64,000 nucleotides of DNA, from assembly GCA_041398565.1 (NCBI GenBank), contig JAWKUN010000006.1:67828-131827 (forward strand). Direction: 5' to 3'. Below the pieces are notes generated by a model, which saw only the letters and a list, made by a program, of their open reading frames with translations, was not told the DNA's origin and did not search any database. Positions 27,796 to 41,959 of the stretch are shown in pieces. The stretch is from Planctomycetota bacterium (lineage in GTDB: Bacteria; Planctomycetota; UBA1135; UBA2386). The translations under genes were made by a program, and so were the position numbers. How positions within the stretch are numbered: position 1 is the stretch's first letter; the number at the start of each line of letters is the position of its first letter.

Positions 27796-28632
27796 ATGCT
27801 CCCTCGCCTTCCACTGGCCCTTGCCCTTGCCACGCTCGTCCTCGGCGCCCAAGCCGGCGCGCAGAACCAGAGCCGCAGCGGCTCATACTTCCGCTCGATC
27901 GGCAACTCCTGGCTCGGGGGTTCGCTCTCGGCCGCCGCCGGCATGAGCACGTCGAGCAGCACCCGCAATGCGAGCGCCACCGTGCGCACCGCCAACACGT
28001 CGTTCAACGCCGCCGTGGACGCGAGCGTCCTCACCGTCGGCCTTCGCGCCGCCCAGCTCGACGTGACGTCGAACAACACCGTCACCACCGGCTCGACCGG
28101 CGCGCTCGGGGGCGGCTCGGCCTCCCTGCGCTTGCGCTTGGCTGGACAGACGGTGTGGGACCGCTCGGTCAACACGACGGGCAGCCTAGGCGGCATCCCG
28201 ACCACCACCTACAACGCGTTGCCGACCGACGCGAGAATCACGATCTCGGTCGGCCCGTTCGCCGTCCGCCTCGCCGGCAACGGCGGTGTGACCATGGGTG
28301 CGGGCGCCACCGTCGGTCTGTCGCCCACCACCCCGGAAGTGCGCCTGATGATGTCGTTCACCACGGCTTTCGTCGCGCGGGCGCACGTGGCTCTGGGAGT
28401 CGCGGGCTTCTACGCCGGCGTGGAACTGCAGGGACGCTTCGCTGAGCAACGACTGACGCACAGCACGGTGGCCAACGCGAGCACGGGTTTGTCCGGCGTC
28501 TGCTCCCTCGAGGTCCAAGCCATGAGTCTGCGCCTGATCGCCTACCTCGAAGCACTGGGGTTCCGCGCCTACTCGACCACGCTGACCAGCTGGGGGTCGG
28601 GTTGGCTGACGCGAGATCTGTTGAACCTGTGA
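27796..28632 (+). CDS. Secreted beta-strand-rich hypothetical protein (possible LLTP lipid-cavity sheet module)
   Basis: Signal peptide MLPRLPLALALATLVLGAQAGAQ; continuous amphipathic strands rich in Ser/Thr/Gly/Ala; LRLAGQTVW and ISVGPFAVRLAG motifs. Confidence 0.8.
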   Translation: MLPRLPLALALATLVLGAQAGAQNQSRSGSYFRSIGNSWLGGSLSAAAGMSTSSSTRNASATVRTANTSFNAAVDASVLTVGLRAAQLDVTSNNTVTTGSTGALGGGSASLRLRLAGQTVWDRSVNTTGSLGGIPTTTYNALPTDARITISVGPFAVRLAGNGGVTMGAGATVGLSPTTPEVRLMMSFTTAFVARAHVALGVAGFYAGVELQGRFAEQRLTHSTVANASTGLSGVCSLEVQAMSLRLIAYLEALGFRAYSTTLTSWGSGWLTRDLLNL

Positions 28633-28968
28633 GTCCCACACACGAAACCCCGCAGCTGCGCGCCACTTGCCGGCGACACAGCTTGTCGCTGCTCACCTCG
28701 GGCTGCGCGTGCTGCGGACGCTCGTGCCGGTAGGTGCAGGCGGAATCCACGACGGCCAAGCTCGGGCGCAAACCGCGATGCGCAGGGCAACCTCTCGCGA
28801 ACGCTGCAGTGATGGCCCCACGGCCGCCGGCCGAGCGCGGATCGCCGAGGTGACCGGAAAGACAGCGAAGTCCAGGAGAGCCGTCCTCCTCCCACATCGT
28901 CGACCTCGTGCCGCGGACGCGACGAGCCGCAGGGACCGGGGAAGGGCGCCAGCCCGCCGCCGGCGTTA

Positions 28969-29047
28969 CCAGCATTCAGCGGAGGAGCCTGGCCCCGTCC
29001 GCTGCGACGCAGGTGCGATCGCCGGCGACCTCGATCGTCCGGCCATC
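28969..29047 (+). repeat. 79-bp two-hairpin dispersed repeat, copy 2
   Basis: CCAGCATTCAGCGGAGGAGCCTGG...GGCGACCTCGATCGTCCGGCCATC, between convergent genes. Confidence 0.85.
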
Positions 29048-29096
29048 GCCGATGCTGGGCGTCGCGGCCGCGTGACCTCGACCCGAAGGCGCACCC

Positions 29097-30092
29097 CTAC
29101 CCGTGCCAGGTCAGCAGCGTGCGCATGTAGTTGGCGCGCTCGAACGCCGCCGGATCGGGGCAGCGCCGCTGCGACATGCTGCCGCGCAGTTGCTCGAGCG
29201 ACTCGTACTCGTGCTCGTCGAGCCACTGCGTCAGCTCGCTCTCGATCGCGCGCAGGCGCGCCGGGCCATGGCGCAGCAGCGCCGACGCCATCATGGTGAC
29301 TTGCGCGCCCACGGCCAGCATCTTGGCCGCGTCGACACCCGACTGCACGCCGGTGGTGGCGGCCAGGTCGGCCTTGACGCGGCCGTACAGGATGGCGAGC
29401 CAACGCGCCGCGAGCCTGCCTTCGTACGGGTTCGACAGCTCGAGCGACGGCACCACCTCGAGCTTGTCGAGGTCGATGTCGGGCTGGTAGAAGCGGTTGA
29501 AGAGCACCAGCCCCTGCACGCCGGTCTCGTCGAGACGACGCGCCATGGCCGCCACCGAGCTGAAGAACGGGTGCAGCTTGACCGCCAGCGGGATCTCCAC
29601 CGTCTGCCGGACCTCGTCGACAGCCTCGAGGTAGCTCGACTCCACCTCGGCACCGTCGACGTCGAGGTCGGCGGCGAGCACGTAGATGTTCAGCTCGAGC
29701 GCGCGCGCTCCGGCCTGTTCGAGCTGACGCGCGTAGTCGACCCAAGCGCCCGACCGCGCCGCGTTGAGGCTGGCGATCACCGGGATGTGCAACGACTCGC
29801 GAGTACGGCGCACCAGCTCGAGGTACTCGTCGGCCCCGAACGCCTGCTCGGGCGGCTCCGGCAGGTAGGTGTCCGCCTCCGGCGACAAGAACCGACCACC
29901 TTCGAGGTGATGGTGGAACGCTTCGCTGTCGTGCTCGATCTGCTCGGCGAACAGGGAGTGCAGCACGACCGCCGCAGCGCCGGCATCCTCCAGCCGGCGC
30001 ACTCCGTCGAAGTCGCGGGACAGCGGCGATGCCGAGGCGACCAACGGCGAACGGAGATGGAAGCCGAGGTAGGTGCTGGCGAGGCGGCTCAT
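29097..30092 (-). CDS. Dihydroorotate dehydrogenase-like FMN protein (PFOR-associated type)
   Basis: YLGFHLRSPLVASASPL, ALELNIY, PLAVKL, LVLFNRFYQPDID and AFERANY; abuts the PFOR stop codon. Confidence 0.9.
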   Translation of the reverse strand: MSRLASTYLGFHLRSPLVASASPLSRDFDGVRRLEDAGAAAVVLHSLFAEQIEHDSEAFHHHLEGGRFLSPEADTYLPEPPEQAFGADEYLELVRRTRESLHIPVIASLNAARSGAWVDYARQLEQAGARALELNIYVLAADLDVDGAEVESSYLEAVDEVRQTVEIPLAVKLHPFFSSVAAMARRLDETGVQGLVLFNRFYQPDIDLDKLEVVPSLELSNPYEGRLAARWLAILYGRVKADLAATTGVQSGVDAAKMLAVGAQVTMMASALLRHGPARLRAIESELTQWLDEHEYESLEQLRGSMSQRRCPDPAAFERANYMRTLLTWHG

Positions 30093-30093
30093 G

Positions 30094-33678
<3,585 letters not shown>

Positions 33679-33731
33679 CGCTTCGTGTCCGCACAACGCC
33701 GGTGCCACGCCGGGCTTTTCAGCCTCGACCG

Positions 33732-36700
33732 TTACGCCACCGTAGCAATCCCCTCCTGTTGGTGTCTGACTCCACTCTGTTGGTTCGTCGCGCGCAGGTA
33801 CACGAGGGCCAGGGCTGCGGCCAGTCCGATCAGGGCGGGCCACTGCTCGCGCCAGGCCCACCACGAGGGGCTGCCGATGACGATGCGCGCGGGCACCCCG
33901 AGGAAGAGCCGCGCTCCGATGTCGGCGTAGAGAGTCCTGATCGCGGCCACGCCGTAGGTGCCGAACAACACCAGAGCGAGAGCCCGACCGAGCCATCGGG
34001 TACGGCCCGCGGGCACGGGGAACGCGCCGGCCAAGAGCGGCAAGGCCAGCACTCCCGACGCCCACGCCACGGCAGCGGCGGGACGCAGGCCGAGGTCATG
34101 GACACCTGCATCGGCGAGCGCTTCGCAGACCGCCGCGACTGCCCACGCACTCGGCGTCACGAAGCGCCAGGGCCCGCGACCACGGCGCGCCAGCAGGACC
34201 GCGGCAACGCTGGCAAACGCCGCTCCCGCCGCGGCCGGCAGGACCGGCACGCCGCTGACCCAGACCTGCACCGCAGCAACCAGCACGCCGGCAACGAGCA
34301 ACATCGCCGAGGCACCGGCGCCGCGGCCGCGCGAGCGCAAGACGGCGACCAGCGCCACCAACGACGCCAAGCACGCGACGAGGGCGGCGGCCTGGATCGA
34401 CCGCGACGGCAAGAAGCGGCGGCGCCAGAGCTCGGAGCGGCCGCCCGCGACCACCTGCCGCAGCGCCTCCGTCGCAGGTGGCGTAGGGGACGCGGCCATG
34501 GTCGCAGCGAGAGCCGGCGACACGGCCGCGCCGCGCACACGCGCCTCGGCGAGTTCGCGCAGACGCGCATCGTCCGTGCGCAGCCAGACGTGCGCCCAAA
34601 AGCGCGTGTCCTCGTCGGCGTCGAGGTCGTCGGCGTCGACGACAGGCACCCGCGCGGCGAAGTCGGGCGCGTCGAGCACGGCGGCGTCGCCGAGCAGCAG
34701 GCGAGCGCGCGCCACCGCGCGGCTCAGACCGTCGGATCCCGGCGGCGAGAAGCCCGGGACGCCCACGGTCAGGCGCGCCAGGTCGGACGCCATCTCGGGG
34801 ATCGGCATCCACCGCGCCAACTCGAGCGCACGCGCCGCGGCATCGACGCGGCCATGCCGCACGTTGCCGTTCGCATCGAGCCAGGCACTCGCGTCGAGAC
34901 CAGCGGCCGACCGCCCCACGGCGGCGCGCCAGTCGGCCATCGTCCACGGGGTCGGCTCCACCTCGCTGCGATGGAAGGTCGCGCAGAAGACCTGCGACCC
35001 GTCGATCCCGGCGTCCTGCCAGGCCTCCACGTCGTGCCGCAGCAACACGGCAACCTCGCCCTCGTCGTGGCTGTACACCCCCGCCGAGCTGCCGAAGTGA
35101 CCGACGTGCGGATGGGTCGCGCTCCACATCGCGTCGTCGCCGTCGGCGACGAGCTGCACCCGTCCTGCCGGCGTCCACACCACCTGCCAGCGAGGAAAGC
35201 GCACCGACCACGTCCCCCGCGCGCAAGACTCGCCCGCCTGCACGCCAGGCACGCGCGGCGAGGCGCAAGTGATCGGCCCCGGCGGCAAGCGGCCTTCGCC
35301 GGCGACCTGCGAAGTCTCGCCGAGCGCGACCAGCCGCTGCTCCTGGAACGTGATGCACGGCTCGGCGTCGCCGTCGCGCCAGCGCACGCAGGCGGTACGG
35401 ATCACGTACCGATCGGCCTCGACGGCGGTGTCGCGCAGCGCCCGCCACCACTGCATGGGCAGCTCGTCGGGCTCTTGCCCGGGCCACGGACGGCACGGCG
35501 ACAGGCGCCCCTCCGCCGCCCCCTGCGTCAGCGACAGCAGGAGGTGCCAAGCGGCTCGCTCGGCGCTCGGCGCACGCAGATAGCGCGCGAGCAGCGCCGG
35601 CGCCTCGCCGGCGGCCGGCACGCGGTCGAGGCCGACGCGCGCCGCCAGCCACGCCCGGGGATCGTCGGCCGCATGCTGCTCCCACCACCGGCGCCAGGCG
35701 GCAGCGCGTTCCGGCCCGGCCCTCCCGGTCGGCCGGTCCGACTGGGTGTGCTCCTCGAGCCACCGCGAAAGGAAGTCGGACTCCGCCGCCGACGCGGCCG
35801 TAGCCAACGCTTCGACGGCACAAGCGACCTCGCGGCGGTAGCCGTCGATACGCGCAAGGCGGCCACGGTCGCGCACCAGAGCGGCGATGGCGGCGACGCG
35901 CGCCGCGTCCGGCTCCGGTGCCGCGTCGCCGTCGCGGCGCATGCGCAAGGGAAGGTCGTGGGCCACCGCCAGCAGCTCCGCTGCCGCCGCCTGCGCGCGA
36001 CCAGCCGATGTCGAAGCGAGGCCGCCTTGCTCGGCCAGGGCCAGGAGATGCGGAACCGCGGCTGCCTGCATCCACGCCGGCGCCAGGAACCCGAAGGCCC
36101 GCGTCCCGAGGAACGGCCGGAAGCGCTCCGACGCAGTGGCGGCGTCGACGCGGTCGAGTTCTTCGAGGAGGGGCACCAGCAGACTCGGCTCGCGCTGGAC
36201 CCGGTTCACAACGGCGGCGACCACGCCGCCACGCGACCCGCCACTGACGACGCCGGACACCACGCGTGCCGCCGCGAGCCGCAGCGGGTCGTCGGCCTCG
36301 CGCAGCGCCGGCCAGAGGAACTCCAACACCTCGGCCGTCGGCGCCGGAGTGCCGAACGCGAGCGCGAGCATCCCCGGCAGGCTCGGGTGCTGTGACAGTC
36401 GGCGAACGGCCAAGACCCGGGCAACGATGTCGGTGGCGCCATCGACGCACGCACCGGCGCCGCGGCGCGCTGCCTTGCCCGCCAGTCGCCACGCCGCAGC
36501 CACGACCCGGTCGGCGTCGTCGGGCACGCTCGACTCGGCCAGTTGCGCCGCGCGACGCAGCTGCGCCAGCGCGTCCTCCCACACGACGTCGCCGCCGTCG
36601 GCCGGCGCGGCGTCGACCAACGCCAGCCGCGCCGTCACGCGGGTTGTGTCGATGTCGCCACGCAGCCGATCGCCGCCGTCCTGGGTGGCCGCCTTGTCGA

Positions 36701-37922
36701 GCAGGACGAGGGCCGCGGTCGGCTGCTCGGCGGCCAACAGGTCGCGGGCCGCGGCCAGCGACTGCGCCGCCGGTGGGTGCAGGCGAGGCGCCAACAAGAA
36801 CGCGTACCCCGCGAGCAGCAGGCCCGCAGCGGCGAGACCGATCGCGAGCGGGCGCCAGCGGCGGTGCAGCCAACGCGCGACCCGGTAGCGCCAGCTCGGC
36901 GGCCGGGCGCGCAGCGGCCGCCCCTCGTGGAAGCGCTCGAGGTCTTCGAGCATGGCGTTCGCCGTCGCGTAGCGATCCTCGGGACGCTTCGCCATCGCCT
37001 TGGCACACACCACTTCGAGTTCGCGCGGCACGGTGGGCTGCAGACGGCGCGGTCGCGGCGGATCCTGGTGCACCACCGCCAGCACGACCTCGGCGAGGTT
37101 GTCGCCCGCGAAGGGCGGCCGGCCGGTCAAGCACTCGTACAGGATGGCACCGAGCGCGTACACGTCGCTCTGTTCGCCGACCCGCGCGCTCTGCCCGAGC
37201 GCCTGCTCGGGGCTCATGTAGGCCGGCGTGCCGAGGATCTGCCCGCTCGCGGTCACGTCGGCGCTCATCGCCACGTCGCGCGCCAACCCGAAGTCGGCGA
37301 CGAAGGCCTCGCCGCGCGCGTCCACCAGCACGTTGGCGGGCTTGAGATCGCGGTGGACGACGCCGTGCGCGTGCGAGAACGCCACCGCGCTCGCCACTTG
37401 CCGCAGCAGATGGACGGCGCGCGTCGGCGTCACGCTTCCGGCGCGGATCAACTCCGACAGCGGTGCGCCCTCCACCAGATCCATCGAATAGAACATCGCC
37501 CCGTCGGTCTCGCCGATCTCGTGGATGGCGACGATGTGCGGATGACGCAGGCGCGCCAAGCTGCGCGCCTCCTTGCGGAAGCGTTCGAGGCCACCACGCA
37601 GGCCGCCGGCGCCTCGCAAGACCTTGACCGCCACCTGCCGATCCAGCGAGCGCTGCCGCGCGCGGTAGACCACACCCATCCCGCCGCGGCCGAGCTCGCC
37701 GAGCAGTTCGTAGTCGGCGGGCAAGTGCGGCTGTGCCGGCTCGCTCGCCGTCCAAGCAGCGTCGGCGAGCAGAGCGAGCGCGGCCCGGCAGCGGCGAACG
37801 TCGTCGGGCGACACACCGAACTCCGCGGCGAGCGCCGCCTCGTCGACCGCGCCCCCGTCGGCGAGCCGCCGCCGTAGCTCCTCCTGCAGGCGGAAGAAGG
37901 TGTCGGAAGCGTCGTCGTTCAC
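33732..37922 (-). CDS. Membrane Ser/Thr protein kinase with a long extracytoplasmic region and a C-terminal multi-TM segment
   Basis: LGRGGMGVVY, VAVK, HRDLKPAN, DFG and GTPAYMSPE; TM after the kinase; several C-terminal hydrophobic helices; GTG start overlaps the sigma factor stop (GTGA). Confidence 0.92.
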   Translation of the reverse strand: MNDDASDTFFRLQEELRRRLADGGAVDEAALAAEFGVSPDDVRRCRAALALLADAAWTASEPAQPHLPADYELLGELGRGGMGVVYRARQRSLDRQVAVKVLRGAGGLRGGLERFRKEARSLARLRHPHIVAIHEIGETDGAMFYSMDLVEGAPLSELIRAGSVTPTRAVHLLRQVASAVAFSHAHGVVHRDLKPANVLVDARGEAFVADFGLARDVAMSADVTASGQILGTPAYMSPEQALGQSARVGEQSDVYALGAILYECLTGRPPFAGDNLAEVVLAVVHQDPPRPRRLQPTVPRELEVVCAKAMAKRPEDRYATANAMLEDLERFHEGRPLRARPPSWRYRVARWLHRRWRPLAIGLAAAGLLLAGYAFLLAPRLHPPAAQSLAAARDLLAAEQPTAALVLLDKAATQDGGDRLRGDIDTTRVTARLALVDAAPADGGDVVWEDALAQLRRAAQLAESSVPDDADRVVAAAWRLAGKAARRGAGACVDGATDIVARVLAVRRLSQHPSLPGMLALAFGTPAPTAEVLEFLWPALREADDPLRLAAARVVSGVVSGGSRGGVVAAVVNRVQREPSLLVPLLEELDRVDAATASERFRPFLGTRAFGFLAPAWMQAAAVPHLLALAEQGGLASTSAGRAQAAAAELLAVAHDLPLRMRRDGDAAPEPDAARVAAIAALVRDRGRLARIDGYRREVACAVEALATAASAAESDFLSRWLEEHTQSDRPTGRAGPERAAAWRRWWEQHAADDPRAWLAARVGLDRVPAAGEAPALLARYLRAPSAERAAWHLLLSLTQGAAEGRLSPCRPWPGQEPDELPMQWWRALRDTAVEADRYVIRTACVRWRDGDAEPCITFQEQRLVALGETSQVAGEGRLPPGPITCASPRVPGVQAGESCARGTWSVRFPRWQVVWTPAGRVQLVADGDDAMWSATHPHVGHFGSSAGVYSHDEGEVAVLLRHDVEAWQDAGIDGSQVFCATFHRSEVEPTPWTMADWRAAVGRSAAGLDASAWLDANGNVRHGRVDAAARALELARWMPIPEMASDLARLTVGVPGFSPPGSDGLSRAVARARLLLGDAAVLDAPDFAARVPVVDADDLDADEDTRFWAHVWLRTDDARLRELAEARVRGAAVSPALAATMAASPTPPATEALRQVVAGGRSELWRRRFLPSRSIQAAALVACLASLVALVAVLRSRGRGAGASAMLLVAGVLVAAVQVWVSGVPVLPAAAGAAFASVAAVLLARRGRGPWRFVTPSAWAVAAVCEALADAGVHDLGLRPAAAVAWASGVLALPLLAGAFPVPAGRTRWLGRALALVLFGTYGVAAIRTLYADIGARLFLGVPARIVIGSPSWWAWREQWPALIGLAAALALVYLRATNQQSGVRHQQEGIATVA

Positions 37923-38476
37923 CGAGATCCTCCGTCGGGCAGCAACTCGGCGCCGAGGCGCGCCGTGGCCTTGGCCAGCAGCCGGCGGACCGACGACGGG
38001 CTGCGCCCCATGCGCACGGCGATGGTCTCCAGGTCGAGTTCGGCGAAGTAGCGCTGCAACAGCGCCTCGCGTTGCTCGTCGGGCAAGGCCGAGAGGATCG
38101 TGCGCAGACGCTGCCCTTCGTCGACGCGCGACACGGCAGTCGCGGGTCCGGTGTCCCGAGCGCGCACGCGCCCGAGAATGGCCGTGAGCGTCGTGCAGTC
38201 CCCGGCCGGTGTGCGCTTGCGGGCGGCGAAGTGATCGGCGAGTCCGCGCACGCAGTTCTCCGCCACCCGTGCCATCCACGCGGCGAAGGCGCGCGGGCTG
38301 CGCGGCGCGTCCGGGCCGAAGCCCGCCAGACCGGCCAAGTACGCCTCCTGCACCACGTCGTCCGCCTCGACGCGCGCCCGCAGCGCGCGGCCGAGGCGCA
38401 GCTCCACGAAGAGGAGCAAGCGCGGGGCCGCCTGCTCGAAGAGGCGATCGAACTCGGCGTTCGCGGACACGGACAC
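37919..38476 (-). CDS. ECF sigma-70 factor, translationally coupled to the kinase
   Basis: LRARVEADDVVQEAY, FAAWMARVAEN, LPDEQREAL...ETIAVRMGRS. Confidence 0.92.
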   Translation of the reverse strand: MSVSANAEFDRLFEQAAPRLLLFVELRLGRALRARVEADDVVQEAYLAGLAGFGPDAPRSPRAFAAWMARVAENCVRGLADHFAARKRTPAGDCTTLTAILGRVRARDTGPATAVSRVDEGQRLRTILSALPDEQREALLQRYFAELDLETIAVRMGRSPSSVRRLLAKATARLGAELLPDGGSR

Positions 38477-38701
38477 GACGACTCTACAGGGGAGAACGTC
38501 GCCGCCAGCGCCGGTCGATTCCGCGAGATTAGACGCGCGCTACCGATCCACCGACGGCACGGGCGCGTCCGGCGGACCTCGTCCACCGAACGGCGAGCTG
38601 GCGGCGAGTTCGTTTCCGCGTGACCACAGAGCGCCTCCGGGTAGGCTCCCGCGCCACGGCGGCGAGGCGACGATTCCGCCACCGTCGGCCGGGTATCCGC
38701 C

Positions 38702-39859
38702 ATGGACTACGTCGCCGTCGGTTGGCTGGTGGCTGGTTTGTTCGTGTTGACCGTGGGTGCCGACCTGCTCGTGCGCGGCGCATCGCGGCTGGCTGCTGCC
38801 GTGCGCATCTCGCCGCTGGTCGTCGGCCTGACCGTGGTCGCGTTCGGCACCTCGGCGCCAGAACTCGCCGTCAGCGTGCGCTCGGCCCTCGCCGGCCAGG
38901 CCGACATCGCCGTGGGCAACGTCGTCGGCAGCAACATCTTCAACGTCCTGTTCATCCTCGGGCTGTCCGCCGTCGTCACCCCGCTGGTGGTCTCCGTGCA
39001 GATCATCCGCCTCGACGCACCGATCATGTTCGGAGTCTGCGCGCTGCTCATGCTGCTGGCCCGCGATGGCAGGGTGGATCGAAGCGACGGGGCGCTGCTG
39101 ACGCTGGGCCTCGTCGCGTACACGAGCTTCGCGATCTGCAAGGGGCGCAAGGAGTCGGCGTCGGTGGCGGCCAGCGAGGTCTCCCAGCGTTCAGCGGTGG
39201 AGCCTGGCTCCATCCACTGCAAGGCTGATGTGATGGCCGGCGACCTCGATCGTCCGCCCATCACGGAGTTCGGCAGGCGCGAGTCCGGCACCGGTCGGAT
39301 CGTCCGCGACATCGCTCTGGTGCTCGCCGGGCTCGGCGGCCTGGTCCTCGGGGCGCAGTGGTTCGTCGACGCCGCCGTCACCCTGGCCCGCAGCCTGGGA
39401 GTCAGCGAGTTGGTGATCGGCCTCACCGTCGTGGCTGCGGGGACTTCGCTGCCCGAGGTCGCGACGTCGGTGGTCGCGAGCCTGAAGGGCGAACGCGACA
39501 TCGCCGTCGGCAACGTCGTCGGCAGCAACATCTTCAACGTCCTCGGGGTCCTCGGTCTGACGGCGCTGGTCACGCCGCAGGGCCTTCCCGTGGCGGCGTC
39601 GGTCGCCAACCTGGACCTGCCGGTGATGACCGCGGTGGCGTTCGCGTGCCTGCCGATCTTCTTCACCGGCAACCGCATCGCGCGCTGGGAAGGCGTCGTC
39701 TTCCTCGGCTACTACGTGGCCTACACCGTCTACCTGGTGCTGAGCGCCACGCGATCGGAGGGGCTCGGCACGCTGCAGGTCGCGATGGTCTGGTTCGTCG
39801 TGCCGCTGACCGGGCTGACCCTGGCGGTGACCACGGCCAACGCCGCGCGCCGGCGCTGA
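38702..39859 (+). CDS. Calcium/sodium antiporter (YrbG/CaCA family)
   Basis: Two alpha repeats, GTSAPE and GTSLPE, each followed by GNVVGSNIFN; about 10 TM segments. Confidence 0.95.
   Translation: MDYVAVGWLVAGLFVLTVGADLLVRGASRLAAAVRISPLVVGLTVVAFGTSAPELAVSVRSALAGQADIAVGNVVGSNIFNVLFILGLSAVVTPLVVSVQIIRLDAPIMFGVCALLMLLARDGRVDRSDGALLTLGLVAYTSFAICKGRKESASVAASEVSQRSAVEPGSIHCKADVMAGDLDRPPITEFGRRESGTGRIVRDIALVLAGLGGLVLGAQWFVDAAVTLARSLGVSELVIGLTVVAAGTSLPEVATSVVASLKGERDIAVGNVVGSNIFNVLGVLGLTALVTPQGLPVAASVANLDLPVMTAVAFACLPIFFTGNRIARWEGVVFLGYYVAYTVYLVLSATRSEGLGTLQVAMVWFVVPLTGLTLAVTTANAARRR
39184..39262 (+). repeat. 79-bp two-hairpin dispersed repeat, copy 3 (inside the antiporter CDS)
   Basis: CCAGCGTTCAGCGGTGGAGCCTGG...GGCGACCTCGATCGTCCGCCCATC; translated in frame as QRSAVEPGSIHCKADVMAGDLDRPPI. 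Confidence 0.85.
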
Positions 39860-39947
39860 CCCATGGCGACGCAAGGCGCGGCGGCACCGGCCGGCAGCGG
39901 GCAAACCGTTCCGGTTGCGCGCCCACAGCTGCCGATAGACGCAGGGG

Positions 39948-41927
39948 GTGAAGCTCAGAAGTCTCCTGATCGTGCTGGCGCCGGTGGCTGCCGGCGTCTG
40001 GCTGACGCAGTGGCGCCACCGTGCGGCGATCGACAGCGCGCGGCGGGCATACCGCGACGATGCGAGCGCTGCGGCGCAGCGCGTGGCCGAGCGCGTCGAG
40101 CGCACGTTCTCCACCATCTACCAGGGACTGCGCACGATGGCGCGCCTGCCGGGCGTGCAGAAGATCTCGCGCCATGGCGAGAACTTCGACGCCGACGCCA
40201 AGCAGGTCGTGCAGGAGCTCTACAACCACCTGGCGATCAACGTGGCGATGTCCGAGGTCTACATCGTGCCGCGCGACCTCGACCCCGAGCGCATCGACCC
40301 GGTCACCAACGAGCCCGAGGCACCGATCGTCACCTTCGACGAGATGATCGTCGACTCCACGCCGGCGTCGACCGCCGCGGCGGGTCACGACGAGGGCCCC
40401 GAGGAGGTCGAGATCTTCGAGTATCGGCTGATGCAGCAGCAGCTCGCCTGGTTCGAGCGGCACACACCGACCGCCGACCACGTCCGCGGGCTCGAGGTGC
40501 CAGCGCTGCTCGGCCCCGAGGTCGTGACCTGCGACAACAGCCGCTACGACCCGGCCAAGCCGAACGATGCCGACCGCAGCGGCCTGGTGTACTCGGTGCC
40601 CTTCTTCGGCAGCGACGGCCGGTTCCGCGGCATGGTGTCGGGGGTCATCCTCACCGCCGCCATCCGCGACCTCGTACCCGGCGGCTTCTACGCCGTGCGC
40701 AACGCTACTCACGCCTACACCGCCGGATCGTGCGACCCGGGGGTCTGGTCGGCGTCGGCGGCGAGCGTGGCGGCCGGGCGCGCGGACGAGGACCTCGTGT
40801 ACTCGGAGGCGCGACCGCTGCGCATCCCCGACCAGGCTGGAGGTTGGATCCTGTGGTCCGGCGAACCGAACGAGGCCTTCGCCGCCCGCGAAGACGTGCG
40901 CGCCGCCGGCACCGTGCGCGCGATCGGCCTCGCGGCCTCCGGTTTGTTCGCGGCCGGCGTCTACCTGGGTCTCGTCTACGTGCAGGCCCGGCGGCGCCGC
41001 GCCGCCGCCGAGCGACAGGCCCTGGCCGAGCGACAGGAGGCTGCCGAGCGCCAGCAGCGTGTCCTCGAGCAGCAACTCGCCGCCTCGGAGCGGGCGCGGC
41101 AGGCAGCGATGGTCATGACCGACACGGCGTCGGGCATCCGTGCGTCCACCGATGCTCTGGGCACTTCGAGCCAGCAGATGGGTCAGGCGGCGGCGCTGAC
41201 AGCGACCGAGGCCAACGCCGTCAACACGGCCGCCGACGAGATCCGCACCCACGTCGAACACCTCGCCCTGAGCGTGCGCGAACTCGGCAACAGCATCCAC
41301 GAGATCGCCGACGGAGCGTCGGGGGCGGCCGAGGTCGCCAGCAACGCCGCGCACCAAGCCGAAGCCACCTCGGGGTCGGTCGACGCGCTGGGTGCGGCCG
41401 TCGACCGCATCCAGGGCGTGGTCGAGCTGATCGAGGACGTCGCCGCACAGACCAATCTCCTGGCCCTCAACGCCACCATCGAGGCGGCGCGCGCCGGCGA
41501 AGCCGGCCGCGGCTTCAGCGTCGTCGCCCATGAAGTGAAGGAACTCGCCGGGGAGACGGCTCAGGCGACACAGCAGATCGTCGGCGAGGTCCGCTCGATA
41601 CGCGACAGCGCTCGCCAAGTGATCGGCGCGATGAAGGACATCGCGGACACGATCCGTGTCATCCGCGACCGCCAGGCGTCGATCGCCGGCGCGGTCGCCC
41701 AGCAGACCGCCACCAGCGAGATGATGGACCAAGGGTTGGCCCGCGCCGCGGGCCTCGTGGGCGCGATCGTGCAGCGTACCGGAAGCCTGGCCCAGGCCGC
41801 CGAAGTCACCCGCCGCGGTGTGCTCGAAGCCGAGTCCGCGGTCGCCGACCTCGGCCGGATGGTGGCGAGTCTGCGGGAAGTGGGCGCGCAGCTCGACGAC
41901 GGCGCGCTCGTCGCCGCCGGAGACTGA
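39948..41927 (+). CDS. Methyl-accepting chemotaxis protein
   Basis: TM, periplasmic domain, TM; signalling hairpin [37 protein letters not shown]. Confidence 0.93.
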   Translation: MKLRSLLIVLAPVAAGVWLTQWRHRAAIDSARRAYRDDASAAAQRVAERVERTFSTIYQGLRTMARLPGVQKISRHGENFDADAKQVVQELYNHLAINVAMSEVYIVPRDLDPERIDPVTNEPEAPIVTFDEMIVDSTPASTAAAGHDEGPEEVEIFEYRLMQQQLAWFERHTPTADHVRGLEVPALLGPEVVTCDNSRYDPAKPNDADRSGLVYSVPFFGSDGRFRGMVSGVILTAAIRDLVPGGFYAVRNATHAYTAGSCDPGVWSASAASVAAGRADEDLVYSEARPLRIPDQAGGWILWSGEPNEAFAAREDVRAAGTVRAIGLAASGLFAAGVYLGLVYVQARRRRAAAERQALAERQEAAERQQRVLEQQLAASERARQAAMVMTDTASGIRASTDALGTSSQQMGQAAALTATEANAVNTAADEIRTHVEHLALSVRELGNSIHEIADGASGAAEVASNAAHQAEATSGSVDALGAAVDRIQGVVELIEDVAAQTNLLALNATIEAARAGEAGRGFSVVAHEVKELAGETAQATQQIVGEVRSIRDSARQVIGAMKDIADTIRVIRDRQASIAGAVAQQTATSEMMDQGLARAAGLVGAIVQRTGSLAQAAEVTRRGVLEAESAVADLGRMVASLREVGAQLDDGALVAAGD

Positions 41928-41959
41928 CGGTCGCCCCTGCGAACGCGAGCCCTTCGGCC

